From contig JAKAME010000003.1 of the NCBI GenBank assembly GCA_021813025.1, positions 1-43,091 of the forward strand: a stretch of 43,091 bases of DNA, read 5' to 3'. The translations under genes and the position numbers were made by a program. Under the pieces are notes generated by a model, which was not told where the DNA came from, made no database searches, and worked only from the letters and a program-made list of their open reading frames with translations. This DNA comes from Candidatus Micrarchaeota archaeon (GTDB taxonomy: Archaea; Micrarchaeota; Micrarchaeia; Anstonellales; Anstonellaceae). Shown in pieces: positions 7,290-15,205 of this stretch. Within the stretch, counting starts at the first letter, position 1; each line of letters begins with the position of its first letter.

Positions 7290-9455
7290 CTAGGGCGAGG
7301 GCGGCTGTTTTGGCTGGATTGTCGCGCTCCTGAACAGGTTCATGAACTCCTCAGGGTCTATGCGCAGGCCCAGCTTGGCTTCGGTGTGGGGCTGGCCTAT
7401 GATGTTCTGCCATGCGCCATACAGCTCGATGCCGCCGTACATTGCCCGAAGCTCGGGCTGGATGAAGACATTGCTTCGCGAGACGTCATAGCCGACCGAG
7501 ACAGCGGGTGAAATATAGTGGCCTTTCTCGTTCGCCTGCGAGCCTATCGGGATTAGCAGCCTGGGGACGAATATCAGGAGGTTGGATGGTATCTCCTGAG
7601 GCCGGTATTGCATCTGCAGGCCCACGTCTATGAGCGGCCTGACGTTGAAGAACTCGCCGCGCATGAACAGGGACTCGACGCCCTCCAGCGCCACTCTGGC
7701 GTTGGTGATGAGCCTGTCCTTGAAGCTGGGGGCGCGCACCATGAGGCTGTAGTCAAGGTTCAGGGTTTTGTTGTCCGCCGTCTGGAACAGCTTGAGTGGG
7801 TCGGAGTAGCCGGTGACCTGGTCGCGCTTGAAGACGCCAAGCTCGGCGCCCATCCGATAGTCGATTTGCGAATAGCTCAGGCCGGGGCGGACGAAGTGGC
7901 CGTAGCCGTTGAAGAATATGGCCGTGGCAAAGCGGAGGGTGTAGATGCCGGGATGGTCCAGCTTGTTATCGTTGATTTCGTACTCCACTTCCTGCCTGTC
8001 GTTGAGGAAGTATGTTGTTGACTTCTTCATGCGCTTGTATATCTCGGCGTTGAGGTCGAAATAGGCCGGGACCACCGAGCGCTCGCCATTGATGCCGCGG
8101 AGCAGCTCTTCGCTGAGTTTGGACGACACGTTGACGACGATGTCGAACTGGCCCAGCGGGCGGATGTTGGTTTTGTTTATGGTGACTTTTGGGATGTCGA
8201 GCCCGGCCGTGGAGTAGCGCATGGGGTTGGCTGGCGAGTTTCTCCAGATGGTGATGAAGTCAAGAAATGCCTGAAAATCCCCGTTCATGGCCCTGTCGTA
8301 GAGGGCCTTGGCTTGGGCAGCTGTCGAGCCGGCGAACCAGGAGTCGTCGCTGAAATAGGTGTCTGTGAGAAACGCCCTCGCGTCTTTCAGTGTGACCTTC
8401 ATCAGGTCGATGAATTCCTTGTCCGGGGTGTTGTTGCTCTGGCGGAATTCCTCGGCCAGAATGCGCGCGCCAAAAAGAAGGCCGAGGTATTTGCGGGCGT
8501 CGGTAAGATAATCTAGCTCGTTTGGGTATTTGGCATTGAGATAGCCGCTTGACCAGTCCATGTCCAGAAGGTTGCCCATCTGGTACTCCATGAACAGGCC
8601 CGAGACGTCAAGGCCTTGGTTTGAGAAGAGGGACGGGTATCTGATGCCTACCGTGCCCGGCCTCCAGTCCACAACGGCGGTCGGGTTGATTGGCACGTAT
8701 TTGGGTGCGCCCTCGGTTGAGACGACCGGCTCGGTGGGTTCGGCCCTCCTTGGCTCCTCCTTCCTTTCATCGGCCTGTGGAGCGGGGCTGACGAATGACG
8801 AGCGGCGGAGGCTGTGGGCGTTGATGTAGCTGTTCGCCTGCTCATACGCCCCTTGGTTGAGCTGGGACATCGTATAGGCGTCCAGGCCGACCTTGTTGTC
8901 TGACGCAAGCACGGCCCCGACATAATATGGCAGGCGCTTGTCCTCCGGCAGGCTGCGGGCGAAGGAGAGAAGGTCGTCCACGTCCCTCTGTATGAAGGTG
9001 CGCTGGACTTCGGGGGAATAAGCCCAGTTGAATATGTTGGTCAGCCGCTTGTTGCCCTCCTTTGACTCGTCAATCAGGTAGGTGCCCTCCGCCTTGAGGC
9101 TGGCGAGGGACTGGTCGAAAACGCCGTCAGCTTCGAGCCGCCTTTGCACGTACATGGCGGCTTGCGGGCTGCCCTCGCCCGCAAGTATGGCGGCCGCGCG
9201 CAGCTTGACCCTGTCCGCCTCGTCGAGGGTGCGGATTTCTGAGGCCTTGAGGATTTTGTCTATCTCCGCCATCACCCGCGAAGCGTTCTCCGGCCCGGCA
9301 TTGGCGAGGGTGTTGGCCACCACGAATGCGGCCATCGTCCTTTTGTTAGCGCTGGTTTTGGGGCTGGTGACCACTTTCATCTGCTTTTCATAGGTCTCGT
9401 TGAAGGGAGTCTGCACGGCCTGTATATTGCTTTGCAACACGAAGAACACCATCAT
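7290..9455 (-). CDS. Orphan 721-aa protein with beta-rich C-terminal module (cluster gene 5)
   Basis: Long ORF with balanced composition, starting 58 nt after gene 4 and ending 8 nt before gene 6. I recognised no family motif. The C-terminal ~200 aa show alternating hydrophobic/aromatic strands. Confidence 0.7.
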   Translation of the reverse strand: MMVFFVLQSNIQAVQTPFNETYEKQMKVVTSPKTSANKRTMAAFVVANTLANAGPENASRVMAEIDKILKASEIRTLDEADRVKLRAAAILAGEGSPQAAMYVQRRLEADGVFDQSLASLKAEGTYLIDESKEGNKRLTNIFNWAYSPEVQRTFIQRDVDDLLSFARSLPEDKRLPYYVGAVLASDNKVGLDAYTMSQLNQGAYEQANSYINAHSLRRSSFVSPAPQADERKEEPRRAEPTEPVVSTEGAPKYVPINPTAVVDWRPGTVGIRYPSLFSNQGLDVSGLFMEYQMGNLLDMDWSSGYLNAKYPNELDYLTDARKYLGLLFGARILAEEFRQSNNTPDKEFIDLMKVTLKDARAFLTDTYFSDDSWFAGSTAAQAKALYDRAMNGDFQAFLDFITIWRNSPANPMRYSTAGLDIPKVTINKTNIRPLGQFDIVVNVSSKLSEELLRGINGERSVVPAYFDLNAEIYKRMKKSTTYFLNDRQEVEYEINDNKLDHPGIYTLRFATAIFFNGYGHFVRPGLSYSQIDYRMGAELGVFKRDQVTGYSDPLKLFQTADNKTLNLDYSLMVRAPSFKDRLITNARVALEGVESLFMRGEFFNVRPLIDVGLQMQYRPQEIPSNLLIFVPRLLIPIGSQANEKGHYISPAVSVGYDVSRSNVFIQPELRAMYGGIELYGAWQNIIGQPHTEAKLGLRIDPEEFMNLFRSATIQPKQPPSP

Positions 9456-9493
9456 CCCCCCATGCGCATGTTCATGGATTCTACTCCTCGTCC

Positions 9494-9505
9494 TATATTA
9501 TTAAT
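9494..9505 (-). promoter_or_regulatory. Possible internal TATA box upstream of the 721-aa gene
   Basis: The minus strand reads ATTAATAATATA about 40-50 nt upstream of ATG 9455. It is the only AT-rich patch in the 58-nt spacer. Confidence 0.25.
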
Positions 9506-9513
9506 GTGATGGG

Positions 9514-11649
9514 TTACCTCCGCTTCCTGTCCTCCGCGAGGCGCTGGAGGTAATAGCCGCACAGGTCTGCCAGCCTGGAGCTCTCCGAGCCGGGCTGCGC
9601 GCGGTCGGGCGAGTCGGCGAGGATGGAACGGACGCTTCTGAAAAGGTATTCCGCATAATCCTGCTCCGAGCCGGTGTAGGTCCGCCCCTTCTTGTCCGCC
9701 ATCACAAGCTTGGCATTCTCTCCCCCAACGAAGTCGTCTTTGGCCTGCCCGCCGGCCATCATGCGGCTGTGGGCGTACTGGAACAGAGTGCCCAGAAGCC
9801 TTTCGGCCTCTGGCGTGAGCGGCCTGAGCGGCATCACTGGATAGATGGAAATCATTTCGCCCTCGCGCTTTAGCTGGAAGAGCCCGCGGCGCAGTTCGGA
9901 GCCTCTGCGGTCGAGGGCGTCAAAATCGCTGTCTGTGAGCGTGAGGTTGACTATGAATCGCCCTCCGGCCGCCTTGTTGTACTCGTCCCGGGCAGACCCG
10001 AACGAGGCGCTGTCAGGCTCGAATGAGAACAGCTTCTGCACGGGCTTGAGCAGGCTGCCCTCCGCCCCCAAGCGCGCGTCCAGCCCGCAGGAGGTGATGA
10101 CCGCCTGGCTGAGGAGAGCAAGGTCGCCGGCCAGGATGGAATATACCGCCGCCTGCGTCTGCTCGTCAAGATTTGCAAGGCCTATGAGCACCAGGCTCTT
10201 GACCACCTGCACGCTGCCCTCAGCCTTCGGGTTTGCCTCAAGCGAGCGGGCCAGAGTGAGTGCGGAGCGTTTCTTGTATTCTGCCTGCTGCTCCGTGCCT
10301 GCGTAGAAGTCGAGGCGGTCCAGCGAGCCGGCCGCATCCGCAGCATAGGAGGGCAGGCCGCTCAGGAAAGAAAGCGAATTCTCGACGCTGGTGCGCACGG
10401 TCGGGTAGAACTCCAGCGCGGAGCCGTCGCCCAAGGCACCCAGTATGGCAGGCAGGAGGCCGGAGTTGGCATTCAGCCATGCCTTGGCGCCTGCGGCATC
10501 CGCAGGCTTCACTCCTTCGGGCGGGACGGCAATTTTCCCGCTTGCTATTGAGGAATAGTAGGTGAATTCCTCCAAAGCCGCGGCAGCCATCTGCTGCAGC
10601 CCGCTCTTGATTATGTATTCGTCGGGACTGCCCTCTGCGCGGTCGGCAATTGACTGCAGGCGCTTGAGGAGGGCAGCCCTCTCAGTTGGGCAGCTGGAGG
10701 TGGCGCGGTATGCCAGCTTGAGGAAAGACTGCACGCGCTTCTCGCTTTCTGCAGCATCGGTGGTAAGCTCGCCGCTCGCCGCGTCCTTCTCCACCCGCTT
10801 GATTGGAATCGAGAACTTTCCCCCTTTTTCGGAAATTGCAGCCGTTAGTATGGAGCCTGCAAGCGCGCCGGCTTGCTCGGGGTTTTCCGAGCGCGAGGCG
10901 AGGTTGGAGAGGCGGAGGGCCGCGTCAAAGCGGGCGGAATAGGAGTCGGTTTGCCCTTCCGGCGGGCGGCCGCGCATGGAGGACAGCAGCGCGTCGGTGT
11001 CTATCTCGCTCACCTGCTCGCTGCCCTCCTCCCTGCCTGTGACCGGCTGGGGGATGGTCTTGGACAGAGCCTCCTTCTGCTCTGCTGTTGGCGGGCTTTC
11101 AGCCACATGCTGCAGTGGCTGCTCTTGGCGGCGCGCCACCAAATCAAGGTTGGTTTGCCAGGAATTCGAAGGCCCGCCCAGGCGCTCGAACTCCTTGCGC
11201 GCGCCGATGAGCAGCTCCCAGAAGGCCGAGGTGTCTGCGCCCGTGCTCCACTCGCTCACGTGCTTGAAGAAGGCGTCCTGCACTGCTGGATAGCCGTCGG
11301 CCACCTTGTAGGCTTCGTAGAGCATGGCGCCCAGCTGCTCGGGCTTGTTGCTCACGGCTACCCACTGGTTCCTTTTGGCGCTCTTGTAGAAGATGTTGTT
11401 GAGCACCCACTCCTCGACTTCCCCGGCAGCCTGAGCGCCGGCCTCGCCCTTGGGCCCTGCATGGCAGAGGCGGGCGGCCTCGCGTATGGCCTGCAGGCGG
11501 ATGTCTATGCTGCCCCCCCGCTTGAGGGCCTCGCTCACGGTCGTATGCTTTGGCTGGCCGTTGTCAAGCACGGTGAGCGGCGCGGACTTGACCGCGTCGC
11601 CCTGCGGGGGCGCGGGGCTCTCTTTTTTGACGTCCTGCCAAATCATCAT
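9514..11649 (-). CDS. Orphan 711-aa predominantly helical protein (cluster gene 4)
   Basis: Long ORF starting 11 nt after gene 3. A/L/E/S-rich with a helical character. No signal peptide, TM segment or catalytic motif recognised. Confidence 0.7.
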   Translation of the reverse strand: MMIWQDVKKESPAPPQGDAVKSAPLTVLDNGQPKHTTVSEALKRGGSIDIRLQAIREAARLCHAGPKGEAGAQAAGEVEEWVLNNIFYKSAKRNQWVAVSNKPEQLGAMLYEAYKVADGYPAVQDAFFKHVSEWSTGADTSAFWELLIGARKEFERLGGPSNSWQTNLDLVARRQEQPLQHVAESPPTAEQKEALSKTIPQPVTGREEGSEQVSEIDTDALLSSMRGRPPEGQTDSYSARFDAALRLSNLASRSENPEQAGALAGSILTAAISEKGGKFSIPIKRVEKDAASGELTTDAAESEKRVQSFLKLAYRATSSCPTERAALLKRLQSIADRAEGSPDEYIIKSGLQQMAAAALEEFTYYSSIASGKIAVPPEGVKPADAAGAKAWLNANSGLLPAILGALGDGSALEFYPTVRTSVENSLSFLSGLPSYAADAAGSLDRLDFYAGTEQQAEYKKRSALTLARSLEANPKAEGSVQVVKSLVLIGLANLDEQTQAAVYSILAGDLALLSQAVITSCGLDARLGAEGSLLKPVQKLFSFEPDSASFGSARDEYNKAAGGRFIVNLTLTDSDFDALDRRGSELRRGLFQLKREGEMISIYPVMPLRPLTPEAERLLGTLFQYAHSRMMAGGQAKDDFVGGENAKLVMADKKGRTYTGSEQDYAEYLFRSVRSILADSPDRAQPGSESSRLADLCGYYLQRLAEDRKRR

Positions 11650-11660
11650 GCACAGGCCCC

Positions 11661-14600
11661 CTATCCGTGCCGCGCGCGGCGGGGAACGAGCCTGCGGATG
11701 CCGCCGCCCCTCAGCTCGCCGCTGTCCTTCTTCTCCTCAGGCTTTGGCAGGGCGCCGATGGCCTCGAGGAACAGCTTGTAGCCGCCCTGGATGTTTCCGC
11801 CGGAGTCGAACTCCTGGATGGGCGCGCACATCCACCCGCCGTTCTCTTTGTACGCCCTATAAACGTCGACGTTTTTGACCGCGCCGGTGGCCTCGTCCTT
11901 GAGCTGGTAGGAGAGGATGAGCTTGGGGTCGGTTGCGGATGAGCCCGGGCCCTCGCGCACTGTCAGCGGAACGGTCTTGCCGGGCTTGCCGCCCTCGCCC
12001 TCTATCTGCACGTCCCAGGGCGTGATGTAGGAGAGGTAGGATTTGGCCTGCACGTCGGCCTTGGCCCACTCCTCGGCGTCCAGCGCCACGCCTATGAAGC
12101 CGTTTCCAGACCAGTTGAGCTTTATCGGAGGCGCGGCCCCGCCCGCGTCCAGGGTTACGGGGGTCACGAACATGTCTTTGAGTTTCCTGAAGGAAGCCTC
12201 CTCGCCGCTCATCACGCGCTGAATAAACTTCTCGTTGAAACGGTATTCGGTCGCTTCCGGGGCCGCCACCTCCTCATGGGTGGCTGGGTCGATTTTGGTG
12301 TGATAGGTGACAAAGGCGGCAGTCTGGCCAGCATAGATGAGCCGCTTCTCGAACCAGTGGCTGCCGTCCGCGAGCTTCCCATCGGCCCCTGCCTCGACTG
12401 CAACCGGCACCGGCCTGCCGCTGCTTGGGATTAGGCGGAAGGGGGAGTTGCCGTCCTTGTCTGTCACCGAGCCGGTCGCGTAGTCGACGACTTCGGAATA
12501 CATGCCGATGCCCATGACGCCCACGGGCATGTTTGAGGCCGGCAGCTCCTCCAGAAGCTGATAGCGCCGGAGGGTGTTTCCGCTGGCATCGGTATCCTCC
12601 ACCGGAATCACAAGGTTGCGCCGGAAAAACTCCGCAGGCACCTGCAAATCGCCCAGCTTCACCGTGAACACGCCGCGCGAGCCGGCCTCGAGCGGATTGG
12701 GCATGATGACGGCTTCGCTCTTCACGACAGGCTGGCCGTTCTCGCCGATGACCGGGCTGCCGTCAGGGTTTGTGACAGGCACGTTGACGGCCTTCACCAC
12801 TTGGGAGCGGAATGTCACCGTTCCGGCAGTGATGTATTGCGCGACTGGGCCGAAGTCCACATGGTCCCAATCCACGTCCTCGGGCGCGTGCTTGCGCACG
12901 GTAATCTTGTAGTCCTGAGGCGTGAAGCGGGTGACCGCAGTGCCTGCATTCGAGCGCTGCATCTCCTCGCTGATGTAATCCTTCGGGTCCACCCCTGCCT
13001 GTATCTTGAAAGAGCCGTCGGCCTTGCCGTATTGGTAATAGTAGTAGGCGTAATACTTGTCCTCGGCGCCGGTGGTGACGCTGAAGGTGTAGACGCGCTC
13101 TATTTTGGGGTTGGTGCCCTCCACGCCAGCCTGCGGCTCCCGGTCGATGCCCACTATGCTTTCGGTGCGGTTGGCCTGGGCCGGCAGCCCCGGCATGCCG
13201 ATGGGGCCGTCAATATCCTGTATGAATTCGCCGTTGTCGCTGCGGAAGAGGAGGCCCTTGAGAGTGCCGATTGGGGCGCTTGAATCTGCCGGGGCCGACA
13301 CCGGCACGCCCGGCGTGATGAGGTCCTGGTCTTCCTTGCCCCCGGACATGAGCGTGACGGTGACGTCCACGACCGCCTTGTCGGTGTTGGCTACGTGCTC
13401 CTTGAGAGGCTCCACATGCACTTTCAGCCGGGTGGGCACGTCTGAGCCGGTGCCGGTGAAACGGATGTTTTTGAGGTTGAGGTACCAGCTGGCCGGATGG
13501 TCGGGGTCCTCGAAATCCCTGTTGCTTTTGTCCGGCTTGCGCCGGTCAATCCAGTCCATGTAGGCCATGCGTTTTTCAAACGAGTCGTCGAGCCTGTATT
13601 TGCCGCCCTCTGATGCGAGGATGCTGTTGAGCAGGTTCTGCGCCTCGTCATAGAATTTGCCCGGCCCCCGGCGCGCGGCCTCCGCTTCGATGGCCTTGGC
13701 CATGGAGTCCATCATGTCCGGGTCCATGACAGCCAGATAGTCCACCCCGTCGGCCAGATAGTTCTCAATCTCCGGGCGCTGGGGCGCGGTCTTGACTCCG
13801 AAGTAGAAGAGGTTCGTGTCCAGATTCCGATTGGCGTCCACCATGTCCGCATACCAGTTTCTTTTTATGAGCTCAGGGCTGGGCGGCGGCTCGTGGGATG
13901 CCGAGCCTGACGCGAACTCCTTGGACTTCGTGTCCATGAGGATATCGTGGATGAGATTGGCCCATGGCTCGTTGCTACTGCCCCCCTTGGAGACGTCGGA
14001 GAATATTGGCTCCAGCACGAACGCGCGGATGATGTTCTTGGACTGCAGGGCGAGGTTGTGGTTGAACCAGGCCGTGAGCTTGGCCCCCAGCCCGTCGAGG
14101 CGCTTGGAATGGTCGTTGAGCCAGTCGGAGGGGATTGCGAGAGTGCATTCCTTCTCCGGCACGTCTGAGCCGCCAGTTCCGTAGGCCGAGATGCCGTATT
14201 TGGAGCGAGTCTTGGCCGGAAGATTGACCCTCAAGTCATCGAACAGATACTCCCCGTCCTTGTTCTTCATGTTCACCAGATAGGCCTTGATTTGGGAGCG
14301 GGAAAGCAGGTCCCATGCGTTCCCGATGGGGCGGAAACGGCCGCCTGCCATGCCCTTGGCCTCGGAGCGCAGGGCGTCGCGGGCCGTGATGCTGGCGGTT
14401 TTGAGCGCGTCGCGCTTTGCAGCCAGTTCGGCCTTCTGCGAGTCTGTGACCGTTCCGCCCTGCTGCGCTATCTGGCCTTCCAGAGCGTCAAGCTCGACGC
14501 CGGCCGTATAGAGCGCGAATATGGCCGGTTTCGCGGCCGCGGGCAGGAAACCCAGCATTTTGTCAATCTCGTCATCCGGCCGGTTGTCCTTCTTGCCCAA

Positions 14601-15140
14601 GGCCACCATGTCGAGGCCCAGGGTGATGATGCCCTGCAGTATGATGACGTCGGGTATGGCCACCCAGTCGGCGCGATACTCGCGCTCCAAATCTGCGTAA
14701 TGCTCCAGCGCGCGCTGGTTGGAATAGGATTCTGAAAGCGGCTCCTTGAGCACGGCCGCCTGCGCGTCCGGGGCGTACTCGCTGCTCTTGATGAAGTTTC
14801 CGGGGCTTGCTATGAACTGGTCCTCAAGGGCCTGCCCCACCTGCTGGAACAGGCTCTGGCGCCGGCCCTTGGTCTGGCGCGCGGCATCGGCATAGCGGGC
14901 GGCCGGGCCGTCGCCCAGAGAGGCCTTGAGCCATGAGCGGAAATCCTCCAGCCTCGTCTCGTCGAGCTTGTCGGTGATTTCCCGAACGCTTGGGATTGTG
15001 CCGCCGCTCACATAATCCTGCACTATGGCCACGAGGCGGTTTCTGAAGAATTCCTCGAGTTTTTTCGTTGCCTCGCCCTGGCTGACAAAGATGGACTTGC
15101 TGGCGACACCCTCGTCTTTCTGCAACAACATAAGCACCAT
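11661..15140 (-). CDS. Orphan 1159-aa protein (cluster gene 3)
   Basis: 3.5-kb ORF with GGGGTGAG immediately upstream of ATG 15140. The N-half is helical and the C-half is beta-rich (for example YYAYYYYQYGKADGSFKIQAG). Basic C-terminal tail. No known motif recognised. Confidence 0.75.
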   Translation of the reverse strand: MVLMLLQKDEGVASKSIFVSQGEATKKLEEFFRNRLVAIVQDYVSGGTIPSVREITDKLDETRLEDFRSWLKASLGDGPAARYADAARQTKGRRQSLFQQVGQALEDQFIASPGNFIKSSEYAPDAQAAVLKEPLSESYSNQRALEHYADLEREYRADWVAIPDVIILQGIITLGLDMVALGKKDNRPDDEIDKMLGFLPAAAKPAIFALYTAGVELDALEGQIAQQGGTVTDSQKAELAAKRDALKTASITARDALRSEAKGMAGGRFRPIGNAWDLLSRSQIKAYLVNMKNKDGEYLFDDLRVNLPAKTRSKYGISAYGTGGSDVPEKECTLAIPSDWLNDHSKRLDGLGAKLTAWFNHNLALQSKNIIRAFVLEPIFSDVSKGGSSNEPWANLIHDILMDTKSKEFASGSASHEPPPSPELIKRNWYADMVDANRNLDTNLFYFGVKTAPQRPEIENYLADGVDYLAVMDPDMMDSMAKAIEAEAARRGPGKFYDEAQNLLNSILASEGGKYRLDDSFEKRMAYMDWIDRRKPDKSNRDFEDPDHPASWYLNLKNIRFTGTGSDVPTRLKVHVEPLKEHVANTDKAVVDVTVTLMSGGKEDQDLITPGVPVSAPADSSAPIGTLKGLLFRSDNGEFIQDIDGPIGMPGLPAQANRTESIVGIDREPQAGVEGTNPKIERVYTFSVTTGAEDKYYAYYYYQYGKADGSFKIQAGVDPKDYISEEMQRSNAGTAVTRFTPQDYKITVRKHAPEDVDWDHVDFGPVAQYITAGTVTFRSQVVKAVNVPVTNPDGSPVIGENGQPVVKSEAVIMPNPLEAGSRGVFTVKLGDLQVPAEFFRRNLVIPVEDTDASGNTLRRYQLLEELPASNMPVGVMGIGMYSEVVDYATGSVTDKDGNSPFRLIPSSGRPVPVAVEAGADGKLADGSHWFEKRLIYAGQTAAFVTYHTKIDPATHEEVAAPEATEYRFNEKFIQRVMSGEEASFRKLKDMFVTPVTLDAGGAAPPIKLNWSGNGFIGVALDAEEWAKADVQAKSYLSYITPWDVQIEGEGGKPGKTVPLTVREGPGSSATDPKLILSYQLKDEATGAVKNVDVYRAYKENGGWMCAPIQEFDSGGNIQGGYKLFLEAIGALPKPEEKKDSGELRGGGIRRLVPRRARHG

Positions 15141-15205
15141 CTCACCCCTGCAACATGCATTGGTTTTCCATGATTATAATACCCCGCCACGGCCATTCAA
15201 GCGCG

